64,000 nt of DNA, taken from assembly GCF_001194135.2 (NCBI RefSeq), contig NC_068982.1, forward strand, positions 31,875,388-31,939,387, given 5' to 3'. The notes beneath the pieces are model-generated. The model did no database searches. It saw only the letters and a list, made by a program, of their open reading frames with translations, and was not told the DNA's origin. Both the position numbers and the translations under genes were made by a program. The stretch is from Octopus bimaculoides (Eukaryota). Shown here piece by piece: positions 38,889 to 50,986 of this stretch. The first letter of the stretch is position 1; each line of letters begins with the position of its first letter.

Positions 38889-39895
38889 AACGAATAATAA
38901 ATACGAAATTATTGAATTGGTGATAACGCCTGTAGTAATTATGCTTCAACGCTCTGTCTATTGAGTTCAAATTTTGTCGATGCAGACTGCGATTTCCATC
39001 TCTTCAGAGACAATCGTTTCAATAAAAATAATATATTTTGTCCGTGAGTCTATCCAATCAAATATTCCTTTCCGCCAGAGAATAGTAATCTTTGTACTAA
39101 AAATAGATGCCACTTTGTTAGTGTATGGTCAAGTAATTTGAGGAAATTCCAGCTTCCAAATTTATAACTGATAAAAAAATATAGTAATGAAATTTTTGTT
39201 ATATAAAATGTTAATCTCAAATTCTCTTTCTTCTAGAGTGCAGCAAGTTCTATTAGATTATTTCCAGGAATTGTTTCTATTGTCACATGAAAAAGTATAG
39301 TAAATAATTTGAAGTCATCCATGTGTAACCGAATGTCTGCAAAATGTATGGAATATTCAGTTCTGAAATTACGTGTTAGCGGATTTAATTTCCTGCAATC
39401 TAGGAAAATTAATAAAGTAGCTAACTAACTACAATGGGAAATTATATTACTAAGAATGCAAGAACTGAACACACAGCATCTATTGAAAATTTTCATGTTT
39501 TTTTTGTTATCAAGTATTGCATGGCTTCCATGTGTATCCGTAATTTAATTTGTGAATACTAAACAATCTGTTTTCAAACATTTCACGACTTACTATTTGT
39601 TTTCTGTTCACCAGGCAAAATTTCCTAAATTCTGGCATTTTGTGTCATGATACAAATCCTTAAATTCCATATTTATAGCAATTGGTTCGTGACAAATTAA
39701 ATTTCGTGTTCCACGGAAAGTATTTCTCTGTTTAAACTTCCAGGAATACACGAGAATTAACTTCTAAAGTTTCTATGTGAAAAATGTAGCCTTCGGATTC
39801 CTAACTGATACATCCTGTGATACCTAACTCCGTGAATTAATGCTCTTTACAGAACCATCTCGAAGAATAATGAAGTGTATTTTATTTCCATACAG

Positions 39896-40061
39896 ATATT
39901 TTTCTGGATACCTCAATTCATTGTCAGCAGAATCATTAGATCTTTGGGCAAAATACCTATCGACAATTATGCATAGCCCTTTACGTCCTGAATATAAATC
40001 CTGTCGAAGTCAACTTTACATTTGTTCTTGCGGAATAGATAAATTAAATACTAGTCGAGAT
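39896..40061 (+). CDS. Candidate internal exon, unknown protein (YFSGYLNSLSAESLDLWAKYLSTIMHSPLRPEYKSCRSQLYICSCGIDKLNTSRD)
   Basis: Strong acceptor tattttatttccatacag and donor GAT/gtgagt; 166 nt; the single open frame has 55 codons; lies in non-repetitive sequence. Confidence 0.45.
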
Positions 40062-40514
40062 GTGAGTATATATGATGGACTGTTGTCTCACAGAAATCAT
40101 TGTTACCACCGAAGCTGAATCAACTAAAAGTATTTATCTGTGCCTATTCGTGGAATATTAATAAACTCAAAACTATCTTTTGTATTACGAGATTCTTAAC
40201 TGTTAAGAAAGCTGTTTGCAGAGGAACGATAGGAGACGCGAACAATTAAAATTACATAAAAACGTATAACTAACAAAACAAAAAAATTCAATCTCAAGAA
40301 TCAAAATCTCACATATTGAATTCTATATATTTACATATTGAATTCGTACATTTGAAAGGTGGGCGATGAAAAGTTTAAAATGGTATTTTTGCTATCATTT
40401 CAGCAAACGTTTTCTTCATTAGTGATTCAGTGATTGAAAATATGACACTGAAAATAGTTTTGAATTATCATTGAACTTCACTAAAATGTAATCCGAGCTA
40501 ACATAAAGTGTTGA

Positions 40515-40770
40515 GTACTAGGGTCGATGTAATCGACTAGCCCTTCCCCCAAAGTTTTAGGCCTTGTGCCTATAATAGAAAAAATTATTATAAGGTGGTG
40601 AGCTAGCAAAATCGTTAGCACGCCGGGTGAACTGCTTGGCGGCATTTCGTCCCTCTTCACGTTCAAATTCTGCAGTGAGCTAACAGAATTGTTAGCGTGT
40701 CGGACAAAAGCTTAGCGACATTTCTTCCGGCTTTTCACGTTCTCCGTTGAAATTCTGCAGCGATCGTGGC
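40515..40770 (+). mobile_element. Stack of SINE family 1 pieces: one tail followed by two heads
   Basis: GGGTCGATGTAATCGAC tail, then AAGGTGGTGAGCTAGCAAAATCGTTAGC and GTGAGCTAACAGAATTGTTAGC heads. Confidence 0.8.
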
Positions 40771-42051
40771 TTTCCGTAACATTATAAAACGGCACAATCA
40801 TGTTATTGAATGTATTCACTTTTCAATTGTACATACCTTCCAGTTAGGCTTACTTTCTTCCCATTTTCCCCACGAATTGTAAATTTGTTATAAATGTTTC
40901 ACTTTATTGACAATGTGTCACCTGCCTGTTGTTCTGCTTGTTTTTTGTTCTTTTTTCTTTTTGCGCAGTTTAATTTTGTTACACTGTTTGTTGTGAGATC
41001 ACGATTACTCAACTAAATCGAAAATAGTTTTGAGTAGATGCAATAGCCTTCATTTTTTGTTTTGTTACAAATGTCCGATACTGGAGTAGTTAATCCCTCT
41101 AGCTTCTATCCCTCAAATTATGAGGATTCAGAATTAAAAATTTCCGAATTTTCAGGCTCGTTGAGCGATGAAGGCACGCAGCTTAAGATTATAATTTGGT
41201 TCATTGTGAATGATCTTCAATCACATACGGTGCCACCGCGTAATTTCCAATTTTAAAAACAAACTGGGCTATTGGATAACATCAACTAAACAAGTAAACT
41301 TCGTTTAACTTCATTCTAGGAATTATACAAGAGTTTACCAATTACGGTTAAAGTCAAAGTACTGAAACAGACACTTTTGAGAAAAAGACTTACGTCTGGG
41401 ACCTGGGGAAATGGGATCGACGATGAAGGCCATTTCTGGTATCTTTCATAAATATGAGGCTAATTAAAAAAAAAGTATGTTTAATTGATTACTGAAATAA
41501 AGCAAACTCTCACAGGAAATACCGTTTTTTGGTTCAGTTTTCAAACATGACACATTTATGTTACCATTATTGATACTGAACATTCCCTTCGTTGAAAATA
41601 ATAGTTGTTGCGGGATTTCTATCCTTTATCTCACTGAGAAGTTACCTCTATACTGACAATTTCTGCACATCGGTTTTGTTTCGAGAACCCTACAATCAAA
41701 GTACTCTGTCACTAAAAGAAGTAGAACGAAAGGAAAGAGACTACCCCTAAACTTTCAAACGAAAACTGTCCTGTCTCCATACAACGCTCTATTTGCTGTT
41801 GGATAAGAAAATCTGAAACGTGATTCTTTTGCTATCAGCATGTTCCGCAAAACTGAAGGGAGCCATCTCAAAAAGGTGCCAAAAGAAACAAAAGCCAAAA
41901 ATTATTGAAGAGAACAATCATGAGTGACGTTAACCTTTATGACCTTCACCTCTATGCGTCTCTTGATAAAAGGAAAACATGAAAGTGGTCATAGAAGATG
42001 TTCATTAATATACTGAACAGTATGTAGAACTCTTATATCTTGCACTCTAAT

Positions 42052-42248
42052 AAGGCGATAAGCTGGCAGAATCGTTAGCACGCCAGGCAAAAATGCTAAG
42101 CGGCATTTAGTCCGTCTTTACGTTCTGAGTTCAAATTCCGCCGAGATCGACATTGTCTTTGATCCTTTCGGAGTCGATAATTTGCCAGTCAAGTTTTGGG
42201 GTCCTCCCACCAAATTTCAGGCCTTGTACCTATAGTAGAAAGGATCTT
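42052..42248 (+). mobile_element. SINE family 1, near full length
   Basis: AGCTGGCAGAATCGTTAGCACGCC, GAGTTCAAATTCCGCCGAG, CCTATAGTAGAAAGGA tail. Confidence 0.9.
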
Positions 42249-43124
42249 TTACACTCTAATATTTCTCAGAAATCAAATCCGCGTTGGCTTTTATGTAAGA
42301 AAAAAAGGGTGTTTTTCGAGTGCTGGAAAACACCCGCAGATGATACATCAGAATTCGCGACTTCATCTGAAGTGAACTGTATTCCTTGCTGGAAAGCGCA
42401 AAAACTGTGTTATTTGTATTTACCGATCTCAATGTTGCTCCTAAAACAAAAAGAACTAGCTTCACGTGCAAAATTTATAGTATATAACTTTGGAGAGCTG
42501 CTGGAAACAGTACCATTCAGAGGATCTGCAACCTTTTTTATTATTTCAAATATCATTTTTGCTTTTGATTTTGCATTACTTATAACTGATTTCTTTGGAT
42601 TTTAACGGAAACTGATAAATAAATAAGATTATAAGATAACAAATCTTTATTTTTTTTTTCTTTTCTTCCCCAAATCTGTCCACTTTTCACAAAATATTAG
42701 ACATACATTTCTGAGCTTTAAACAGAGATACACTAGTTCAGAGAGATAACAGGGTAACGCCGTTGGTAGGAAAGGTTGGGAAGATGTAAGGGGTGAGTGG
42801 AATATATTATGATAATAAAACAGGGAACACTAAGATAAGACAAGTTAAGAGAAAAGCACTTGTGAAAATGACAGGAGAAATGAGCAAGGAAAAGAAAGTA
42901 ACAATTGGGAAAGGAAAACGAAAAATGAAAAGTGAGAAAATGAAAAATTGAAAAGCTGAAGAAGAGTGAACGGGTGAGATTTTAATAGATTACATGAACT
43001 GTAAGGAAAACCTCGGAAATCCTCGTTTTAAATTTTAAAAAAGTTCATCACTGCCCTACCCCAAAAAATCTTTTTCGGGGACAATGCAGAAATTACCAAG
43101 TTTTAACAGCTTAAAGACAGACTG

Positions 43125-43138
43125 ACAGACAGACAAAC

Positions 43139-43225
<87 letters not shown>
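43125..43225. repeat. (GACA)n(GATA)n microsatellite
   Basis: Direct reading. Confidence 0.96.
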
Positions 43226-43877
43226 ACCTACTTGTGGCGTGTGGTCAGTGTATAGCCTTGTTGCTATGCCAACACATTATCCAAAGATACACACTGTCTA
43301 CTGAAATGTAAGAAAATTAATGAAATCTTGCAAAACTAAGATTAGGGAGAATAAACATCAGCTTCATTGTTAACTATTAATTATATAATCTTCAATATGC
43401 TTTTGTATGTAATTATGTAGGATAACAGTTCAACATAAGACATTCCACAAAGAACTAACAATCAGTTAGGACAAATGGAGTAGCAGCAATATTCTACATG
43501 ATAACAATGAAATGATAGTTAAGAGAAAAATAACAAAAACTTCGAAAAGTACACAAAATATGTGAAACGCAAATTTTAATTCGTTAAGAAATAACCAGAG
43601 GCAGAAAATGGTTTTGCAAAACAAATTCTTAGAAAAATTGGGAACCGAGTCACAGAGGATGAACAAAAATGATAACACTAATTGTGGTCGTATAGTCTGG
43701 GTCTGTTCTAATCCATCTAATCTATGAAAAGAGCGTTTTAGTCATGACCATCTTATATTTTCAAACATAATGTGTCTAGGGCTGCATTCAACTACGTGTC
43801 CTATATGATTGGAGGGATATTTCACTGTTATTTCCAGTACGCCGAGTAACAGCGTATATCCTCCCAATGTTTCCAAA

Positions 43878-44068
43878 TATTAGTTTCAAATTTTGGCCCA
43901 TGGCCAGAAAGATCGGGGGATGGGTTATGTCGATTACATCGACTCCAGTACTCAAGTTGTACTTATTTTATCGAACCCCAGCAGGATGCAAGACAAAGTC
44001 AACCTCGGCGGAATTTGAACTCAGAACGTGAAGACGACGTGCTAACGATTCTGCCAACTCGCTCCCTT
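43878..44068 (-). mobile_element. SINE family 1
   Basis: CTCGGCGGAATTTGAACTCAGAACG...AACGATTCTGCCAACTCGC. Confidence 0.88.
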
Positions 44069-44164
44069 AGAAAGTTTCCAAATACTAGTATTAGTAGATG
44101 GCAGTAAAAACCGTGTTTTAATGTAACTGACACCCTACCTTACATATTCAACTCACCACCAATG

Positions 44165-44166
44165 GT

Positions 44167-44197
<31 letters not shown>

Positions 44198-44276
44198 GCG
44201 GCGGCGGCAGTAGTAGTAATAGTAGTAGTAGTAATAGTAGTAGTAGCAGCAGCAGCACAGCAGCAACAGCAGCAGC

Positions 44277-44322
<46 letters not shown>

Positions 44323-44360
44323 ATAGTAGTAGTAGTAGTAGTAGTCGTAGTAGTAGTAAC
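44165..44360. repeat. Compound (CAG)/(GCG)/(TAG)n trinucleotide tract
   Basis: Direct reading. Confidence 0.95.
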
Positions 44361-45552
44361 GCGTAGCGGCAGTTTTGCAGCCATGCACTAGAACAAAAGT
44401 TTTGCAGTATGTTTGGTTAGAGCTAAGATGAACGCTTTTTCTTCAGTTGACATATTTTTCCTTCAGAGAAATCTTTGCTGCAGGTGGTTATCACAAAATC
44501 TGAATCATTACCATAATGGGTTTCGTTTGTGAAGCAACCATGCCTGAAAGTAAGCATCATTAAAGCACCAATTGTCAAACCATTGACTCTTCTTCTCTCC
44601 AGGAAAGAGACTACTTCTCTGACTGCTTTTACTCAATAAAAATCCATGTAATTGGAGAAAAGAATGTAATGTTTTCCTTACGTCTTCAGGTTAGTCATTA
44701 TATGTATACATTTAAATAACAAAAAAGGGAACGAGACAGAAGCAGGAGAAAGTCGGATTAAATTATTATTAACGGTTTCTATAGCAATCGTATTTACAGT
44801 AAACTATTTAATCTAGCGACTATTGCATTAGTTTAACGAACTTAAATGTTTGAACGAAAGCATCGTTGTACGCAAACATAATCAAGTATCAGCTTGTTAT
44901 GAGAGCCGTCATCAAACGCTGAGCTTGCTTATTTGCCATTCTATCACGTTGACTGCTTTTACTTCTCCTATTTGATGTAATAACAGAGGTGGTGGGAGCG
45001 ATATTAGAGGTTCAATGAACACACAACCCGTTAAGGGTGTTAAGCGAACTTCTCTCCCAGACAGCAATACTTGCAGGTTGACTGGGAATTTTATTGAAGG
45101 TTATTAACCTTGACTAAATCAACTATCGCTTAGATCATTTAGCACTGACAATAATATACCGTTTGGTTAACTATTCACTAATAAATATACTTGCCTGTGG
45201 TAATTTATTTTGGTTTCATCCTTTATAGTTACAAAATGAAAGCCGACTGGACTTTCGTAATAGATGTCTCTATCTTACAAGTCTTTAGATCTTACAAAAA
45301 GCTTCTCGGGAAATAATTAGAAGACAAACACATATATACACTCATGCGCACATATACTCACTTACACATTCACACATACACTCACACACACACACTCACA
45401 CACACATACATACACACAAACACACGCACATACATACACGGAACACACAGAGACACATGCATATGTGCATTTACATATTATAATCCACCACCCTGCATCG
45501 GTAGATCAATAGACGGACAGGCTGAAAGACAGACAGACAGATAAATAAATAA

Positions 45553-45592
<40 letters not shown>

Positions 45593-45624
45593 TGAGAGGG
45601 GAGAGGGGAGAGAAAGAAGATAAT

Positions 45625-46038
45625 CATTCGAGGTCGATAAAATAAGATATTAGTCGAAATAATCTACAACTTGCTGGCCTTCTTCCTTCGAACAGACAAA
45701 ATGCTTAGAGGCATTTCTTCTGGGTTTATGTTCTGAGTTCAAATTGCTTGAAATTTTAATAGAAAGAATTATAGTAGAAAGGGGCAGAATCCTTAGCACA
45801 CCGAGCGAAATGCTTAGCGGTATTTCTTCCGGCTCTTTACGTTCTGAGTTCACATTCCGCCGAGGCTGATTTTGCTTTTCATCCTTTCAGTGTCCAGGCA
45901 TTCCTGACCTGTGGAGTTATATTGAATAGCTACTGTCGTGTGTCGGGCGGATCTATTTGTCGGCTGAGTCCATACTGAGGATTGCCGCAACGATTTCTTT
46001 TAATCGGGCAGGTAACACTTGTGTCTATAACAGAAAGG
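45625..46038 (+). mobile_element. SINE family 1 cluster; the last copy is interrupted by a Tx1-like fragment and ends in (ATT)n
   Basis: Heads at ~45685 and ~45782; tail GTCTATAACAGAAAGGATTATT at 46022-46045. Confidence 0.75.
45889..46012 (+). mobile_element. Tx1-like L1 fragment
   Basis: QCPGIPDLWSYIE*LLSCVGRIYLSAESILRI matches the 3070-3900 copy. Confidence 0.62.
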
Positions 46039-46051
46039 ATTATTATTATTA

Positions 46052-46085
<34 letters not shown>

Positions 46086-46099
46086 GATTATTATTATTA

Positions 46100-47140
46100 A
46101 GACAATATACAATACCATGATGTTGTTGATTGAAGATATTGTGTCCAACGGGGGTTTGTAATGCCTGTCAAGTCGTTGACCTCAGACAGACAGTACTTTA
46201 CGCAATATGCATGCAGTTCCAAGTAATGATGACTTTTGAAATACACCTAGATTTTAGAGTATCTCTAAAGTTTCCAGATGGTTTTTCAGATTGGGTGGTA
46301 TTGAATCCAATACTCCGGTGACGATAGGTATAACCTTTATATTTGACTCTCGTAGCTGCCACAACTTCGCGATTTCAATTCTCAGGTTTCCATTTTTATC
46401 GATTTTTTTCTCTTTCTTTCATGATATATTGATCTCCTGGCACTGCCACGACGATCATTGGGCACTTTAGTTTCACCCTCCTAAAAATTACCATATCCAG
46501 CCTTCGGTGTTCTATCGCCTTGTCTGTCTGGAAGTCAAAGTCCCAGAAGATCTTTGTCTTCCCCTTTTCGTCCATTACCTTTTCCTGTGTATGTTGTTAC
46601 CAGACACCCGTAACCTAATATCCATAGTACTCAGTGGAGGTTTTGGGTTACTTTGTCGTGTCTACGCTTGTACTCTTTTTACATAAGACTTTCACAAGTA
46701 CTGACAATGTGAGTCACGCTTTCGACCCTCTTCCCACAGATTCTGCAGAGGTCCGTTGCACTTGTGTGGTATATATCCCTTTTCACTGATTAGGTATTCA
46801 ATGCCTAGTCCTGGGCAGTGATGATTAGGCTTTAAGTTTTCTTTTTTAAGTCACCCTTGCTGAGCCACCTCTATGATGCTTCCTGGTCTTTTAATTTGTT
46901 AGTTTCACGGTGGAAACTATATGATTCCATGCAGAGTAGGGTTTCTTCTCTCTCGTTGGCTGTTCGTGATCGGAATTCATGAGGACTCACAAATCCAGCA
47001 TACTGTGGCAGGTCTTGTTTGTTGTTCACCAAATATTCTGCCATGTTTTTTCTTTCACTGTTGATGCACTCTCGTATGCTAATCAGCCTACGTCCACCTT
47101 CACCCCTCTTCATGTAGAGCCTTTGTACATTCGCTTCAGA
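46100..47140 (-). mobile_element. R4/Dong-like element, family B, 5'-truncated, flanked both sides by (TAA)n
   Basis: Minus strand: GGRRLISIREC, KIFWDFDFQTDKAIEHRRLD, VIPIVTGVLD. The 3' UTR matches 50520-50638. Tracts at 46039-46099 and 47146-47229. Confidence 0.92.
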
Positions 47141-47143
47141 ATA

Positions 47144-47229
<86 letters not shown>

Positions 47230-48268
47230 GCTTTTGCACAGCTTCTAACGCTCTTTGCATTTTTATTTTCGATGATGCCTCCGGAGTGGGGTCGTACCAA
47301 TATTTTGCTCCGTCAAGTGTCCAGTGGACAAGCCTTGCTATATGGTCGTGGCGTCTCTTATATTCCTTCTGGGCTAATGGCGTACATTGGCTACTAATAT
47401 GCCGTACGGTTTCACCATTTTGCCCACTGATTCTGTCCGTATCACTTTCTGCTGTGTTGTCTATTCTGTATTTTATGTACTTTGTTCTTAGTACTTGCAC
47501 TTGGGCAGCACAGATTAGAGCCTCCATTTCCGGCTTTAAATTACTTTTAGTCATTCATCCATAGCCATACTTTTTCTCTGTATGTCTTATCTTCAACATC
47601 CCTATGAAATTGACCATGCATTCTTTTCTTTACCCACCTATTTTCAGTTTCATTCGTTTTCAATTGCTTGTACACTGCTTTATCTTTGCGATCTTCCATC
47701 CTACACAAACCTGACTTTTTTACTTCCGATAATAGCGGTTCTGTGGCATTTCTTACTTACCATGCAATGTTATTTTCTTCTCCTCTAATGCTGTGTTCGC
47801 ATCTAATTAGTCCTCTTCCCCCTCTTTCTTGGTACATACAGTCTGTCTGTGTCACTTTTGGGGTGAAGTGTCCCATATCTAGTTAGCAACTTCCTTGTCT
47901 TTCTGTCTAAGCTGTTTAGTTCATCTACTGCCCATGCGATTATCCCTGCTCCATATCTAAGGAGTGAAATCGCCAAGTACTCCTTCTTAAATTTTTCTGT
48001 CATTTCTTTCTCCATCAATTTATCCATCTCTAAAATCCCCAAGTACTTATAGCCCGTCTCTTATATCTGCTTCAAAGCCTCCCCCGACGGTAACGTTAGC
48101 CCGTCCAATACATTTGTTTTTGCCTCTCTTCATGACTATTACACCGCACTTTCTCAATCCGAACTCCTTTCTGATATCAGCACTGAAGGTATACACCGTA
48201 TCAACGAGGGAACCGAATTGGGCTTCATTTTTACCATAAAGTTGAGGTCATCCATGGCGGCTTTTGAA
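47230..48268 (-). mobile_element. R4/Dong-like fragment, family E
   Basis: MDDL (RT catalytic), GYKYLGILEMD, LDRKTRKLLT, HPKSDTDRLY, MHGQF, EALICAAQ, LAQKEYKRRHD. Confidence 0.9.
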
Positions 48269-48416
48269 TAGTGACACTCGGGGTAAAATATACGAAGTCC
48301 AGTACACCCATCATGAATACCTGTCTGATAAGGGTACATCAGGCACATCCATCACAACCATATGTGCGCGACATAGTGATCTCATGTTGTTATGATCATT
48401 ATTATTACTAAGACAA

Positions 48417-48627
48417 CGAAGAGGCAAATTTTTTAGCCCACCGAACAAAATGCTTAGCAGCTTTTCGTCCGTCTTTACGTTGTGAGTTAAAATTTCGCCG
48501 AGGTCGACTTTACCTTTTATCCTTTTGGGGTCGATGGATAATTACCAATTGAACACTGAAGCCGATGTACTCGACATCCCACTCTCCTCAGAATCTGCTG
48601 GCCTTTTGCCAAAATTTGAAACAATTA
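48417..48627 (+). mobile_element. SINE family 1
   Basis: AAAATGCTTAGC, CGCCGAGGTCGACTTT, AAAATTTGAAACAATT. Confidence 0.87.
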
Positions 48628-48679
48628 TCATTTCATATACGCACAACAGATTAGACTGTTGGAAAAGAAAAAAAACTTA

Positions 48680-50240
48680 ACATTGGGCTACAGCAAGTAA
48701 CCGTAGATGCCGAAAATCCACCTAAGTATTCTAGCTGTCCCTAATAACACTGTTTTTCTGAGCTGTACTAAACAAGGCCTTAAGCCTGTTTCCTCTGTCC
48801 ATCAGTTCAAATCTTTAGGCATAGTTCATAATGTACCTATAACTACATGGATACATTGTAGTCTTTGTAATTCAATGGTTAAGTCCTAGTACTTTGCTAT
48901 TTTCTCTATACCTCTCATATTGACTTCTTCATCATTTTGGACTGTAAAGTCAATTATCTGGCACTTTCTATTCTCTTTGTCTACTACTACTAAATCAGGC
49001 CTATTATTCTGTCCATCTGAAAGTTAAAGTCCCAAAACATTTTGTTTCTTACTTTCTAGTACTTTATTAGCTTCATGTTCATACCGTTTAAAATCCTAGC
49101 TTTCTACATAACTCCCAGTGGATTACTCTCCCTGGGATGTCATTCTTTTCTTGTAGTTTTTCTATGCCAGCATACTACATTCAGTTACTATTTGAGTAAC
49201 ACCTTCCTCTTTTGATTTGCATAACCTACATTGGGAATCTATTTGGTTTTGTCTATCTTGGCTTTTATCGAATTAGTCTTCAATGCTTCACTACTTCTCT
49301 CACTTTCTTTAGCCATACTGCATCTCCATTCTGATTGACTGACTTATCCCAGATATTACTCGAGAACTCTCTAGCTTCTGCATTAGGTTTTTCATCTTCA
49401 GTACTTTCTTCTCCACTATTTATTTGGCTATAAAATCTCCTCTGGGCTTTCTCAAATAATCTATTCTGTTGATACTGATCTATTATTTTCTATGATACGT
49501 TGTGTCAACTCTTTCACGATTATCCTAAATCCTTTCTCTTTGACTAACTATCTTTTCCTAAGTGAAGACTTAAATTTTGTGTTTTCGAACTTGTTTAGTT
49601 TCCAGGCTTTTATTCTATTCAGATCTTGTCTTAATGTCTTCATTTTATCTTGCAATATCCTTTTCCACCTTTGCTCTTTTCTAATCTTTCCTTAGGGAAT
49701 ACCTAATCTTCTACTAAGTACTACCCAATTGCATAGATCAACAATTTAACGTCACCTATATTTTTAATACCTGTCCTACTGATAACAGATTCTACTTACC
49801 TAGTCATATCTAGCAGCTTCCTTCTGTTGGTACCTTTTAATAGTGGCAATCTTTTTTCTTCTTTACTCATTGCTTCCAGCAATTCATCTAAAATCTTCTG
49901 ATCTTCCTAATTTAAGTCGCTTAAGTCACTAGTGTCAGTTGTCTCTTCCTGGTCTGTAGTGCTATTATTATTTTTTCCCTTTAGGTTCTACTTTGGTTTG
50001 AACTGTATCTCTTATGTTGTTTGGCTTCTCTACTGCCTGGTATCACTTTTCTAGTTATCTTGTGATCTCTTCCACCTCCAATTCTGTCATCCACTTTCTT
50101 CTCCTAAAAACATTAGCTTTGTCTACTAGTCACTTTAAATATACTCTTCTCAACCCAAAGTGTTAACATCCGTTTTTTATAACCCTTTCTTTTGGGTTCA
50201 CTTTCTAAGTAACACTGCATCACTATATCGGATAGGGTAA
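48680..50240 (-). mobile_element. R4/Dong-like element, family F: N-terminal domain joined directly to CCHC/RLE (RT deleted)
   Basis: 48680-49290 is the reverse complement of the 24390-25110 region. 49290-50240 encodes the N-terminal region (VMQCYLESEPKRKGYKKRML). No RT motifs lie between them. Confidence 0.85.
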
Positions 50241-50244
50241 CCTT

Positions 50245-50638
50245 TTGGTGGGACAAACAAAAGTTCCTAATAATTGACGTGGTAGTGCCAGGAGATCAAC
50301 ATATCATGAAAGAAAGAGAAAAGACTGATAAATATGAAGACCTGAGAATTGAAATCGCGAAGATGTGGCAGCTACGAGAGTCGAGCAGAAAGGTTATTCC
50401 TATTGTCACCGGAGTATTGGGTCCAATAGCACTCAATCTGAAAAAACAATTTGGAAACTTTAGAAATACGCTACAATCTAGGTGTATTTCAAAAGTTAGC
50501 ATTACTTGGAATTGCACACATATTGCGTAAAGTACTGTCTGTCTGGGGTCCTTGTTGTGACTTGACAAACAGTACAAACCCCCTGTAGTCACAATATCTT
50601 CAATCAACATCACGATATTGTATACTGTGCGATTCCTA
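50245..50638 (+). mobile_element. R4/Dong-like family B 3' end
   Basis: LIIDVVVPGD, DKYEDLRIEIAKMW, VIPIVTGVLG; 3' UTR into (AAT)n. Confidence 0.9.
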
Positions 50639-50645
50639 TTATAAC

Positions 50646-50700
<55 letters not shown>

Positions 50701-50701
<1 letters not shown>

Positions 50702-50902
50702 ATATTGTTTCTACTATAAGCCCAAGGTCTGAAATCTGGGAAATGGGAATAGTCCACTCCAGTACTTGACTGATACTTAATTTATCGACCCCGATAAGTT
50801 GAAAGGCAAAGTCGACCTCGGCGGAATTTGAGCTCAGAGCATATAGGCAGACAAAAAGTATTTTGCCCGGCACAGTAACGAGTCTGCCAGCTCACCGCTT
50901 TA
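50701..50902 (-). mobile_element. SINE family 1 flanked on both sides by AAT-type tracts
   Basis: GCAAAGTCGACCTCGGCGGAATTTGAGCTCAG, TCTGCCAGCTCACCGCTTTA. Confidence 0.88.
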
Positions 50903-50914
50903 ATAACAATAATA

Positions 50915-50954
<40 letters not shown>

Positions 50955-50986
50955 CGACGACGATGATAATAATAATAATGATAATA

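Noticed and set aside
41062-41256. 64-aa protein-like ORF
   Set aside because: No convincing acceptor/donor pair in a compatible phase; the length is within chance range
42052-42140. tRNA gene at SINE heads
   Set aside because: A and B boxes are present but separated by extra sequence, no cloverleaf forms, and the heads continue into SINE bodies
42153-42605. 150-aa ORF
   Set aside because: Starts inside a SINE, has a low-complexity F/I/L-rich end and no recognisable domain; the antisense frame is similarly open, which is typical of chance
44140-44388. Poly-Ala/Gln/Thr ORFs
   Set aside because: Compound trinucleotide microsatellite
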